From a bacterium (GTDB taxonomy: Bacteria; RBG-13-61-14; DATKZS01), in contig CAXXFL010000006.1 of the NCBI GenBank assembly GCA_963674965.2, positions 64,001-128,000 of the forward strand: a stretch of 64,000 nucleotides of DNA. Direction: 5' to 3'. The translations under genes were made by a program, and so were the position numbers. Shown piece after piece: positions 28,174 through 37,908 of the stretch (position 1 is the first letter of the stretch; every line of letters begins with the position of its first letter). The notes under the pieces were generated by a model. That model did not search any database, was not told the DNA's origin, and saw only the letters and a program-made list of their open reading frames with translations.

Positions 28174-29568
28174 ATGCGAAAAAAGACCACCGGATACAGG
28201 ATACTGCTGGTTGACGACGAGGAAAGCATCCGTACCACCCTGGCCGACGTTCTTCGCGACGAGGGCTATAAGGTCGAGACGGCCGCAGACGGCGAGGCCG
28301 GCCTCGTCAAGATCGAGGAAACCGGTCCCGACCTGGTCATGCTCGACATCTGGATGCCCGGGCCGGACGGCATCGAGACTCTCAAGTCCATCAAGAAAAG
28401 ATGGCCCGAGCTGCCGGTGGTGATGATATCGGGCCACGGCACGGTCGAGACGGCGGTGCAGGCGACCAAGCTCGGGGCCTTCGACTTCATCGAGAAACCC
28501 CTCAGCCTGGACAAGGTCATCCTCACCCTCGAGCACGCCCTCGAGCTGACCCATCTGTCCCGCGAGTATAAAAGGCTCTCCAGCGAGCTGGTGGGCGACC
28601 AGGACCTTATCGGCGAGACCCAGGTAATGAGGGAACTTCACGAGCAGGTCAGGAAAGCCGCGCCCACCGAGGGCTGGGTCCTGATCACGGGAGAGAACGG
28701 CACGGGCAAGGAAGTGCTGGCCCGCATGATCCACAAGCTGAGCCTCAGAAAGGAAGGCCCCTTCGTGGGCGTCAACTGCGCGGCCATACCCGAGGAACTC
28801 ATCGAGAGCGAGCTCTTCGGATACGAAAAAGGGGCCTTCACCGGGGCGGAGGGAAAAAAGCGCGGCCGTTTCGATCTGGCCGACGGGGGCACCCTTTTCC
28901 TCGACGAGATCGCGGACATGAGTCTCAAGACCCAGTCGAAGATACTGCGCATCCTTCAGGAGCGCCAGTTCGAGCGGGTGGGCGGCACGAGCCTTATCAA
29001 CGTGGACGTGCGGGTGGTGGCGGCCACCAACAAAAACCTCGAGGCGGAGATCAAGGAAGGACGCTTCAGGGAGGACCTTTATTACCGCCTTAACGTGATT
29101 CCCCTTTACGCTCCTCCCCTCCGCGAGCGCAGGGAGGACGTGCCGCTTTTCGTCGAGTCCTTTCTCAAGGAGTTCTGCGCCCGGAGCCGCATCAGGCACA
29201 AGAAGGTTACGCCCGAGGTGCTGGCCGCGCTCAAGCAGTACTCCTGGCCGGGCAACGTTCGCGAGCTTCGCAACGTGGTCGAGAGGATGGTCATCCTCTC
29301 GGAAGGCGACTCGATCACGGTGAGCGACCTTCCCCCCGCCATCGCCGCGCCCGGGCCGTCGCCCACGGCTTCTCCCTTCGACTACCCTGACCTCAAGGAC
29401 GCCCGGGCGGCCTTCGAGAAGGAATACATCGTGAGGAAACTGATCGAGAACGGCTACAACATCTCGCGCACGGCCGAGCAGATCGGCATGGAGAGGACCA
29501 CCCTGCACAGGAAGATCAAGTCCTACGGTATCGAGACGGACAAGGATAAACAGCGGCCGGAGACGTGA
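28174..29568 (+). CDS. Sigma-54-dependent response regulator (NtrC/NtrX family)
   Basis: REC domain, GENGTGKE, GAFTGA, FREDLYYRLNV, WPGNVREL, Fis HTH. Confidence 0.95.
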   Translation: MRKKTTGYRILLVDDEESIRTTLADVLRDEGYKVETAADGEAGLVKIEETGPDLVMLDIWMPGPDGIETLKSIKKRWPELPVVMISGHGTVETAVQATKLGAFDFIEKPLSLDKVILTLEHALELTHLSREYKRLSSELVGDQDLIGETQVMRELHEQVRKAAPTEGWVLITGENGTGKEVLARMIHKLSLRKEGPFVGVNCAAIPEELIESELFGYEKGAFTGAEGKKRGRFDLADGGTLFLDEIADMSLKTQSKILRILQERQFERVGGTSLINVDVRVVAATNKNLEAEIKEGRFREDLYYRLNVIPLYAPPLRERREDVPLFVESFLKEFCARSRIRHKKVTPEVLAALKQYSWPGNVRELRNVVERMVILSEGDSITVSDLPPAIAAPGPSPTASPFDYPDLKDARAAFEKEYIVRKLIENGYNISRTAEQIGMERTTLHRKIKSYGIETDKDKQRPET

Positions 29569-29592
29569 TCCGGCCGGAATTTCCGCTTTGCC

Positions 29593-31134
29593 ATGGGGGA
29601 TTGGGCAATGAAGGGCAAGGGAAACGAAATGGACAGGAGAAGGTTCATCGGCGCCGCCGCGGCCGCGTCCGTCGCGGCCTCGAGCGGATGCTCGGCGAGG
29701 GCCCCGGATGGGGTCTGTCCCGCCGCTCCGGCCAAATGGAACGTGAACTCGCGGCGTCCTTCTCTCGCGGACCTTTCGGGGGCCAAGAGGCCGAACGTAC
29801 TTTTTATCCTGACCGACCAGGAGAGGTGGCCCGGCAATCTGCCGCCCACCTTGAACCGCCCCAACTTCGAGCGGCTCCGCTCGAGCGCCGTCTCCTTCGA
29901 GAACGCCTTTTGCGCCTACCCCCTTTGCTCGCCCTCCCGCTCGGCCATCTTCACCGGGCAATTCCCCCACCAGACCGGGATCACCCAGAACTGCATCTTT
30001 CCCGTGGGCAAGAAGCCCCTCGAGCCTTCCACTCCCCATGTCGGGTCGGTCCTGGCCTCGGCCGGATACCGCGTGGCCTACAAGGGCAAGTGGGACCTTT
30101 CAAGGGGGCCGCGCTATTACATGATCGACGTGACCGACAGGGGCAGAGCGGGCGACCTGGGCTACGAGGGACATTGCGGCAAGGTGCCCGACCAGGAGTA
30201 CGGCTACCGGGCCGACGATATGGTGGTGAGGGAATCGGCCGACTGGATAAGGGCGAACGGCAAGGACGGCCCCTGGTTCCTGTGCTGCTCGATCATCAAC
30301 CCCCACGACATCTGCCATCCCCAGCTCAAGCCGGACGACTCGATCCGCCCCGACGTCGAGTTGCCCGCCAGTCTCCACGACGACCTGTCAAACAAGCCGG
30401 CGGACCAGCGCAAGATGCGCGACGGCAGGCTAAGTCACGTCAACCATCTCCTTCATCCGAGCGCCAAGCCCTTTTCCAGGTACGAGGAGAATGACTGGCG
30501 TCTTTTCCTCAGCTTTTACTATGACCTTATCGAGCGGACCGACTCCTATATCGGAGACCTGCTGGCCGCTCTCGAGGACGCGGGCGCGGCCGAGGACACG
30601 GTGGTGATATACTCTTCCGACCACGGCGAGCTTGGCGGGGCCCACGGCTTCTCGGGCAAGTACGAGGGGTATGAGGAGGACCTTCACGTTCCTCTTTATG
30701 TCCACCACCCTTCCCTGAGAAGGGCCGAGGTGGACGCGCTGGTATCGAACGTCTCGATCGCCCCGACCATCGCCTCGATAGGCGGCATCGACTGGCCGGT
30801 CCCGATCCCCGGCCGGGACCTTTCGGGCTGGGTCACGGGCGAGGGCGAGCGGCCCGCTCCGGAGGCGGTGTTCTCCGAGACCGAGGTTGACGTTGAGCTT
30901 GGCGTTTACCGACGCAGGCAGGCGACCAGGATGATAAGGACCGGGGACTGGAAATATTCCTATTCCTTCCACGACGTCCAGGACGGGCAGCTCTATGACC
31001 TTAGCGCCGACCCGGCCGAGATGAACAACCTCTTTCACGATCCCGGCCACGCTGGCATGAGGTCGGAGCTCGAGGACCGGCTGGCCGCCTGGCAGGAGGA
31101 ATGGGACGATTATTTCCGGCTGCCGGGAAAATGA
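29593..31134 (+). CDS. Tat-exported formylglycine-dependent sulfatase
   Basis: MDRRRFIG twin-arginine signal (start may be 29629), PNVLFILTDQ, CSPSR (CxPxR), SDHG. Confidence 0.9.
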   Translation: MGDWAMKGKGNEMDRRRFIGAAAAASVAASSGCSARAPDGVCPAAPAKWNVNSRRPSLADLSGAKRPNVLFILTDQERWPGNLPPTLNRPNFERLRSSAVSFENAFCAYPLCSPSRSAIFTGQFPHQTGITQNCIFPVGKKPLEPSTPHVGSVLASAGYRVAYKGKWDLSRGPRYYMIDVTDRGRAGDLGYEGHCGKVPDQEYGYRADDMVVRESADWIRANGKDGPWFLCCSIINPHDICHPQLKPDDSIRPDVELPASLHDDLSNKPADQRKMRDGRLSHVNHLLHPSAKPFSRYEENDWRLFLSFYYDLIERTDSYIGDLLAALEDAGAAEDTVVIYSSDHGELGGAHGFSGKYEGYEEDLHVPLYVHHPSLRRAEVDALVSNVSIAPTIASIGGIDWPVPIPGRDLSGWVTGEGERPAPEAVFSETEVDVELGVYRRRQATRMIRTGDWKYSYSFHDVQDGQLYDLSADPAEMNNLFHDPGHAGMRSELEDRLAAWQEEWDDYFRLPGK

Positions 31135-31155
31135 ACCTACCAGGGAGAACGAGAC

Positions 31156-31362
31156 ATGGACGATATAATTGACGTGACGCGGCTTCCTTTCAAGGACCTG
31201 GAATCGGGCCGGGAAGCGGCCATCACCATAAGTTACGGCGGAAAAAAAGTACGCGTCCGCCTGGAGATCGAGGGCAAGGAAAAGGCGGACATCTGGGTGG
31301 ACGCTGGAGGGGCGGAAAAGATTTCGGCCGTCCTCAATCACGCGATCAACAAGGTAAAGTAA
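31156..31362 (+). CDS. Small hypothetical protein
   Basis: GGAG RBS, host-like codon usage, fills the gap before glgC. Confidence 0.6.
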   Translation: MDDIIDVTRLPFKDLESGREAAITISYGGKKVRVRLEIEGKEKADIWVDAGGAEKISAVLNHAINKVK

Positions 31363-31410
31363 GCCGGGCGGTCCCGGCGATAAGACGGGCGCAGATAAAG
31401 GAGAGTTGAA

Positions 31411-32730
31411 ATGTCTCCCACCGTGTTGGGAATGATACTGGCCGGGGGCGAGGGTACCCGGCTCGATCCGCTGACCAGGCACCGGGCCAAGCCCTCCGTG
31501 CCTTTCGGCGGCAAGTACCGGATCATAGACTTCGTCCTGAGCAACTTCGTCAACTCGGGCATTTACAACATAGCGATCATAACGCAGTTCAAGGCCGAGT
31601 CGCTGATCGACCACGTCGAGAACGGCTGGCAGAAGAACATGGGCACCCTGGTCGGCGACATATCGATCAACCCGGCCCAGCAGCGGGTGAGCAAGAACTG
31701 GTACCTGGGCACGGCCGACGCGGTATACCAGAACTTCAACCGCATCGAGAAGGTATATCCCGAGCTGGTGGCGGTATTCGGGGGCGACCACATCTACAAG
31801 ATGGACATCCAGGACATGATCCGCTTCCATGAGGAGCGGGGCTCGAACATGACGATCTCGGCCATCAGCGTTCCGGTCGAGAAGGCCTCGGGCGCGTACG
31901 GCGTGATCGAGATCGACGAGGAATACAACATGATCGGCTTCGAGGAAAAGCCGGTCCATCCCCGGCCCCTTCCCAACGATCCGAGCAAGTGCCTGGTCTC
32001 GATGGGCAACTATATCTTCAACCGCGACCTTCTGGGCTACGCCTTCTCGGAGGACGCCAGGAAGGAATACGTGAGCAAGGACAAGCTTTTCAAGCTGCTC
32101 GAGATGGACGCCGACGCCCAGGACAAGTACTCGACCCACGACATCGGCTACGACATCATCCCCTTCCTTTTCAAGAGCGGTCTTCGCATATCGGTTTACG
32201 ACCTGGTGAACAACCGGGTCCCGGGCATGACGCTGCGGGAGGTCGGCTATTGGAGGGACGTGGGAAACATCGAGGAATTCTACGACGCCAACATGGACGT
32301 TTGCGCCGTGGACCCGACCTTTAACCTTTACAACATGGAGTGGCCCATCCGCACGAGCGACACCCTTTTGCCTCCGGCCAAGTTCACGCTCAACAGCCAG
32401 GTCTACAACTCGATAGTGAGCGAGGGAAGCATTATAACGCGGGCCCGCGTTATCAACTCGGTCCTTGGGTACGAGGTTCGGGCGGAGGACGGATCGAAGA
32501 TCGACTTCTCCGTCGTGTGTAACGGCGTGACCGTGGGGGACGGGGCCAAGATAACCCGGACCATCGTGGACAAGTACGTCAACGTTCCGCCCCGCACGGT
32601 GATCGGATACGACAAGGACGAGGACAGACAAAGGGGCTTCACCGTCTCGCCCACCGGCATTACCGTGGTCCCCAAGCGCTACGACTTCAAGCGCCGCGGC
32701 GGATTGAACTCCGAGCCAAAGCCAAAATAA
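31411..32730 (+). CDS. glgC: Glucose-1-phosphate adenylyltransferase
   Basis: [59 protein letters not shown]. Confidence 0.96.
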   Translation: MSPTVLGMILAGGEGTRLDPLTRHRAKPSVPFGGKYRIIDFVLSNFVNSGIYNIAIITQFKAESLIDHVENGWQKNMGTLVGDISINPAQQRVSKNWYLGTADAVYQNFNRIEKVYPELVAVFGGDHIYKMDIQDMIRFHEERGSNMTISAISVPVEKASGAYGVIEIDEEYNMIGFEEKPVHPRPLPNDPSKCLVSMGNYIFNRDLLGYAFSEDARKEYVSKDKLFKLLEMDADAQDKYSTHDIGYDIIPFLFKSGLRISVYDLVNNRVPGMTLREVGYWRDVGNIEEFYDANMDVCAVDPTFNLYNMEWPIRTSDTLLPPAKFTLNSQVYNSIVSEGSIITRARVINSVLGYEVRAEDGSKIDFSVVCNGVTVGDGAKITRTIVDKYVNVPPRTVIGYDKDEDRQRGFTVSPTGITVVPKRYDFKRRGGLNSEPKPK

Positions 32731-32760
32731 TCGGAAAAAACGGCCTGAAGGGGATGAGGC

Positions 32761-33123
32761 TCAGTCCGACTCGACGGGCTGTTCCTCCTTGAGAAGATTG
32801 AACACGAACTCCCTGATTCTTTCCTGGTCTTCCCTGCCGGTCCTCTCGAACTGGACGCCCATGCCCGGCTGGCGGTTGGACGTCTCCCGGGCGCCCCGGC
32901 TCCAGACCACGGTCCCTTCCGTCTCGATGGGCTTCGGGTCTCCGGGCAGGCTGAAGCTTATCTTCAGTTCCGTGCCCACGGGATAGGGTTCCTGGGTAAT
33001 AAGGAACATGCCGCCGGCGCTCACGTTCCCCGTCACGTAAAGGGGCACCCGCTCCAGGGTCTTGTTCTTGTCGAACACCTGGATACGGACGACCGCCCTT
33101 AAAGTTCCTCGCCGCTCGGCCAT
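32761..33123 (-). CDS. Single-domain PilZ protein
   Basis: ERRGTLR, NVSAGGMF, G.VVWSR, PGMGVQF. Confidence 0.88.
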   Translation of the reverse strand: MAERRGTLRAVVRIQVFDKNKTLERVPLYVTGNVSAGGMFLITQEPYPVGTELKISFSLPGDPKPIETEGTVVWSRGARETSNRQPGMGVQFERTGREDQERIREFVFNLLKEEQPVESD

Positions 33124-33221
33124 GGACGCCACTCCCGATGGGCATTCATCGCCCGCCCGGTCCCCCGCGGGGAGCGTCGGGCGAGCGCGTGATTACAGTC
33201 TACGAGGCCATCAGGCCATAA

Positions 33222-33308
33222 TTACTTTTTATGACGCTGTTTCTTCAGCATTTTGCGCTTTTTGTGCTTGCGCATTTTTTTTCTTCGCTTTTTAATGACG
33301 CTTCCCAT
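33222..33308 (-). CDS. Small basic AURKAIP1/COX24-domain protein (ribosomal bS22/mS38-like), 28 aa
   Basis: Manual translation MGSVIKKRRKKMRKHKKRKMLKKQRHKK*; AAGGAG RBS; below the ORF-track length cutoff. Confidence 0.9.
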   Translation of the reverse strand: MGSVIKKRRKKMRKHKKRKMLKKQRHKK

Positions 33309-33469
33309 GTCGTCTCCTTTAAAATTTCAAGAGTTTAAAGACACATAAAAAATAACTGATTGCGCCGCGGCCGTCAAACGAGGCCATGACGCAATCATGA
33401 TTATTATAGTCCAGACTCTGGAAAAGGCAAAATCTCCCGCCAAAAGAAAGAACGCCGTGATGGAAAATC

Positions 33470-35053
33470 CTAGCGCCTTCTCCTTTTCCTGCCCTTTTTG
33501 GGCGGATGCGGATAGGGCCGGCCGGGCGCGTTATCATCCGGGGCCGCGCCATGGCCCGGCGCCTCGGGCGGCGCGGACCGCGAATCGCCGCCCGGAGGCC
33601 GCGACTCTTCCCCGTTTGGCCGCGCCGGCCGCTCGTGCCTTTTTTGTCCCTGATTCGCCGTATTCGATTCTTCCGGGGAGTCGCCCGGTCCCCTTTCTCC
33701 ACGCGTCTTTCTGGTATCCCGTCCCCTTCGGTCGTGCTTTCGGGGTCTTTTCTCCTTTTTGCCCGCGGGTTTATTCCTCTCTCCCTCGTGGGGGCGGCTT
33801 TTAGCCAGCACTTCGTCCTTTTCCGATCGATTCTCCTTTTGAGGATGGGGTTTTCTTCTCGCGTCCGCGCCGCCCCTGGGCCGGGGACCGCGTCGGTCGT
33901 CATAAGCCCTTCCCGGTTTGGGCGCCTCCCTGGACCCTATTTTCTCGAGCACGCTGGGGTCGTCGCTCTCGAGCAGGCTCGAGTCGATTCCGTCCATGGT
34001 GGACTCGTCCTCCTCGGGCGCTGGCGGTTCCTTGCCGGGGGGGAAAAGCTGGTCGGCCGGCAGGAACACGGTCTTGCCCGACTCGAGCTCGACCAGGGCG
34101 GTCTCGGCCAGGATGTTAAGATCGATTATCCGGCACGGTCCCTGATGGCTCGTCATCAACTTTCCCTTCTTGGGCATGCTTTTTATTTTTTCCCGATACA
34201 GCTTGTGCTCGTAGGCCAGGCAGCACATGAGCCTTCCGCAAAGACCGGAAACCTTGGAGGGGTTCATGGCCAGGTTCTGGTCCTTGGCCATCCTGACCGA
34301 CACGGGCGAGAAGTCGGAGAGGAAGGAAGAGCAGCAAACCTCGCGGCCGCAGGGTCCCAGCCCTCCTATCATCTTGGTTTCGTCCCGCACCCCGATCTGT
34401 CTCATCTCGATCCGGGTGTGAAGCTCGCGCGCAAGGTCCTTGACCAGTTCCCTGAAGTCGACCCGCTGCTCGGCGGTGAAATAAAAGATGGCCTTGCTCG
34501 CGTCGTGGAGATACTCGACCTTGACCAGCTTCATATCCATGCCCCGCTGACGAATCTTCCCCGAGCAGAAATCCTGGGCCTCCTGCTCGCGCTGCTTGTT
34601 CTTCCGGCTCCGCTCGAGGTCGTTCCAGTTGGCCTTGCGGATCACTCTTTTCAGCTCCTGCGTGAGCTGCGACTGGTCCAGCTCGACCACGGGCGTCACC
34701 ACCCGTACCAGCCCGAGGCCCCTGTCCGTCTCGACTATAAGCTGGTCGCCAATGTTGAAATTAAGGTGGCCGGCGTTGAAAAAGTAGGTCTTGCCCGCCC
34801 GACGAAACTTAACGCCCACCACTCGCGCCACGCCCGAGGCGTCCTCCGCGGCGGCCGCCTCATCGGGAGCGGCCCCGACCTCCGGGTCTTCCACGCCGTC
34901 CTCGTCGGGCGCGTGGGGCTCGGCCAAGGCGGCTTCCATGGCCGCGTCCTCGAGAGGCCGCTCCTCATCGCTCACGGCCAGGAGAGCGGCGTCCGCCGTC
35001 TCCTCGGTTTGCTCGTCCTGTTCCTCTTGCCTGGGTTCCAATTTATCGTTCAT
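33470..35053 (-). CDS. ricT: PSP1/RicT (YaaT) family protein with disordered termini
   Basis: RVDFRELVKDLA....TRIEMRQIG.RDE, GPCGR..CC, SGLCGRLMCCL.YE; downstream of holB. Confidence 0.9.
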   Translation of the reverse strand: MNDKLEPRQEEQDEQTEETADAALLAVSDEERPLEDAAMEAALAEPHAPDEDGVEDPEVGAAPDEAAAAEDASGVARVVGVKFRRAGKTYFFNAGHLNFNIGDQLIVETDRGLGLVRVVTPVVELDQSQLTQELKRVIRKANWNDLERSRKNKQREQEAQDFCSGKIRQRGMDMKLVKVEYLHDASKAIFYFTAEQRVDFRELVKDLARELHTRIEMRQIGVRDETKMIGGLGPCGREVCCSSFLSDFSPVSVRMAKDQNLAMNPSKVSGLCGRLMCCLAYEHKLYREKIKSMPKKGKLMTSHQGPCRIIDLNILAETALVELESGKTVFLPADQLFPPGKEPPAPEEDESTMDGIDSSLLESDDPSVLEKIGSREAPKPGRAYDDRRGPRPRGGADARRKPHPQKENRSEKDEVLAKSRPHEGERNKPAGKKEKRPRKHDRRGRDTRKTRGERGPGDSPEESNTANQGQKRHERPARPNGEESRPPGGDSRSAPPEAPGHGAAPDDNAPGRPYPHPPKKGRKRRRR

Positions 35054-36036
35054 CGCGAGTTCATCTCCGCGCCGGCCACTCCCGCGAGGGTCATGGCGAG
35101 TATTTCCCAGTTGATCCTGGGATGAGCGTTTCCCAGCGCCCTTCTCCGCGCCAGGTTCACGGTTTCCATTTTTCCGATCACCTCGGCGAGACCGTTTCGT
35201 CTCGCTTCCCTTTTCACCAGCTCGAGAAGGTCCCGGCCCCTGACCTTCCCGGCGCCCGTCTTTTGATACATGACGTCGCGCAGGAACTCGCTTATGGCGT
35301 CAAGCGAGTCCTCGATCGGGTAGGGCCCCTTGGCCATGGCCTCGGCGAAGTTGAGGATGGGGGCCGCGTCGGACGGGCCGAACCCCATGAGACGTTCAAT
35401 CATCTCACGTCGGAAGGTCAGAACAAAATCGAGGTCCAACTGCATGGCCTTCCTGGCGTTGCCGTTGGCCAATGAGGCCACCAGGGCCGCGTCATCCCCG
35501 GACACGCCCCGGCCCTTGACCATCTCGGCCACGGCCTCGTCGGGCAGGGCCGAGAACTCGATCCTCTGGCACCTCGAGAGGATGGTGGGCAGGGCCCCGC
35601 TGGGGTTGGCGCTGGTAAGTATAAGCGCCGTGTCGTCGGGCGGTTCCTCGAGGGTCTTTAAAAAGGCATTCTGGGCCTCGAGGGTCATCCTCTCGGCCTC
35701 GATCACCACCGCCGCCTTGAAGCCGCCCTCGAAGCCGTGAAGCCTGAGGGACTGGCCAAGCGCCCTTATCTGGTCGATGCGTATGTTCCTGCCCTCGGCC
35801 TCGACCACGGTGAGGTCGGGGTGAGACCCGGCCCGGGCCCGTCGGCAGGGACCGCAGTCCCCGCAGGAGGGAAAGGACCTTTGGTCGCAGAGCAGGGAAT
35901 AACAGAACTCGAGGGCCATCTCCCGCTTGCCGCACCCCTCGGGCCCGCTGAAAAAGTAGGCGTGCGCCATCCTCTCGTTCGCGAGGGCCCGGGCGAGTAT
36001 CTTTCCAATCAGCGGGTGAGCCTCGATCAAATCCAC
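35050..36036 (-). CDS. holB: DNA polymerase III subunit delta'
   Basis: HAYFFSGPEG.GK, CGDCGPC, HPDL, AQNAFLKTLEEP, PTILSRCQ. Confidence 0.93.
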   Translation of the reverse strand: MDLIEAHPLIGKILARALANERMAHAYFFSGPEGCGKREMALEFCYSLLCDQRSFPSCGDCGPCRRARAGSHPDLTVVEAEGRNIRIDQIRALGQSLRLHGFEGGFKAAVVIEAERMTLEAQNAFLKTLEEPPDDTALILTSANPSGALPTILSRCQRIEFSALPDEAVAEMVKGRGVSGDDAALVASLANGNARKAMQLDLDFVLTFRREMIERLMGFGPSDAAPILNFAEAMAKGPYPIEDSLDAISEFLRDVMYQKTGAGKVRGRDLLELVKREARRNGLAEVIGKMETVNLARRRALGNAHPRINWEILAMTLAGVAGAEMNSR

Positions 36037-36070
36037 GCGTCCTTTCCGGGAGCGCCCGAGCCGCTCCTTT

Positions 36071-36631
36071 TCATTCCTTCTCCCTGACTATGTGGGCGGA
36101 GAAAACCTCGATTCTTATTCCCTTGTGCCTCCAGGCGTCCCTGGGCAGGCCGGCCTTGATGCAGACGTGGTCCAGGAAAGTCTCCCGGTCCCATTTCTGC
36201 TCGACCGCCACCTGGGGAAGAAGCACTCCCCGTCGGCCTCCCTTGGTCACGAAAATCCCGTGCCTGCCCACCTCGATCTCGCTTACGTCGCTTATTTCCC
36301 GGAGGGGTGAAAGAACGGATATCTCGAGGTCCGTTCGGGGAAGCTCGTCCTCCGCCAGATTGGGGAAACGGGGATCGCCCCAGCCCGCGGAAATGGCCAT
36401 GTTCTGGACCGTGTGGGCCAGATCGCCCTCGCCGGTGAAGGTCCCGATGCAGCCGCGAAGGCGGCCATCCTTATGGATGGTCACGAAGGCCCCCTGGTCA
36501 CCGGATAGACGTGGGGGAAGAGCGGTGGGAAGGTCGGGTTTCCGACCGTTTTTCGCGTAAGAGTCGATGGCCTCGCGGGCTATGGCGATAAGGGTTTTGC
36601 CCTCTTCCGGGTCCAGTTTGAATTCAGTCAT
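36071..36631 (-). CDS. amrA: AMMECR1-domain protein (AmmeMemoRadiSam protein A)
   Basis: GAFVT....G.LRGCIG, DPRF, EISVLSP, G.LLPQV. Confidence 0.92.
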   Translation of the reverse strand: MTEFKLDPEEGKTLIAIAREAIDSYAKNGRKPDLPTALPPRLSGDQGAFVTIHKDGRLRGCIGTFTGEGDLAHTVQNMAISAGWGDPRFPNLAEDELPRTDLEISVLSPLREISDVSEIEVGRHGIFVTKGGRRGVLLPQVAVEQKWDRETFLDHVCIKAGLPRDAWRHKGIRIEVFSAHIVREKE

Positions 36632-36723
36632 GGTCGCTCCCCGGCGTACCGCGTCAACGCCGAATGATCTAAACGGCCGGGGCTTTCAGGAAAGAGGCCG
36701 GAAAAAGCGGCGGGAACAAGGCG

Positions 36724-37053
36724 TCAGTGGAGCGCGTTCTGGTTGACCATTATGGTCTTTTCGATCATCTGGAAATAAAGATAGATGATAACGTCCTGCA
36801 CTTCCTTGGGCAGGGACTCGATGAAGTCCTTTTTATCCTCGAAGTCGGGAATGGAAAGGACCTCGTTGATGGCCTCCCGAACCTCGCGGGCCATCTCCGC
36901 CCCCAGAGCGCTGAGCTCGACGTCGGTCTTGGAAAAGGCGTCCCTTATCCTGTCGTTGTCGAAAAGAACGTGGTTGCCGCGCGAGCCAAGGTTAAAAACG
37001 TACTCCAAGGGCGAGTACTCAACCTCGAATGTATCTTCAAACTTGATCGCCAT
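36724..37053 (-). CDS. Hypothetical protein
   Basis: Clean ORF, GGAG RBS, host-like codon usage. Confidence 0.75.
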   Translation of the reverse strand: MAIKFEDTFEVEYSPLEYVFNLGSRGNHVLFDNDRIRDAFSKTDVELSALGAEMAREVREAINEVLSIPDFEDKKDFIESLPKEVQDVIIYLYFQMIEKTIMVNQNALH

Positions 37054-37259
37054 TTTTCAATGTCTCCCGATTTGGGCCGTTTTCCGCTTTTCGAGAATCA
37101 TTCCCTAGAGTGCCCCAATACTCTATGACTAAAGTATACATCCGACTTTGTCAAGCATCAAGATCGGCCGAAAAAATAACGGACCCTCACGGCCCGAGCC
37201 GGCGGCCTCTCCCCTCCTTCGCGGCCGGGAAAGGCCCCGGGCAATGGCCGCAAACAACC

Positions 37260-37760
37260 CTATTTCACCTCGAAGAACTTCGCCCTGGGCGCGCCGCAGA
37301 CGGGGCAGGTATCGGGCGGCTCGCCCACCTCGGTGTTCCCGCAGACATCGCAGACGTAAATGGGCGCGTCGGCCAAGTCCTTGCCCGACCGCACCGACTC
37401 GAGCGCCTCCGCGTAAAGGCCATGGTGGATTTCCTCGACCGCCAGGGCGTGCTTGAAGGAAAAGGTGGCCGCCTGGTTTTTCTCCTTCTCGGCTTCCTCG
37501 AGCATCTTGGGGTACATGTCCTGGAACTCGAAGCCCTCGCCCTCGATGGCCGCCTCGAGGTTGGCCGCCGTGTCCTTTATCCCCTTCATGGCGCGCAGAT
37601 GCGCGTGAGCGTGGACCGTCTCGGCCGCCGCCGCCGCCCGGAAGAGCCGGGCCACCTGGGGAAAGCCGTCCTTTTCCGCCTTCTCGGCGAAGGCCAGGTA
37701 CTTTCTATTAGCCTGACTCTCGCCCGCGAAGGCCTCCTTCAAGTTGTCCATGGTCGCCAT
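37260..37760 (-). CDS. rbr: Rubrerythrin
   Basis: NL..AFAGESQA...Y, E..HA, E..H, C-terminal CxxCG...CPxCG. Confidence 0.95.
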   Translation of the reverse strand: MATMDNLKEAFAGESQANRKYLAFAEKAEKDGFPQVARLFRAAAAAETVHAHAHLRAMKGIKDTAANLEAAIEGEGFEFQDMYPKMLEEAEKEKNQAATFSFKHALAVEEIHHGLYAEALESVRSGKDLADAPIYVCDVCGNTEVGEPPDTCPVCGAPRAKFFEVK

Positions 37761-37908
37761 CGTCGATTCCTCCTTAAATCGTTATAAAACTTTCGCGCTT
37801 TCGTTTAAAGTCCGCCGTAAGAATATAGATCGATCGGCGCCCGATTTCCACGAGGGCCGAGCCGGCCGGATATCCCTCGCCTATCTCCCCTCACCGGAAG
37901 GACCCGTC

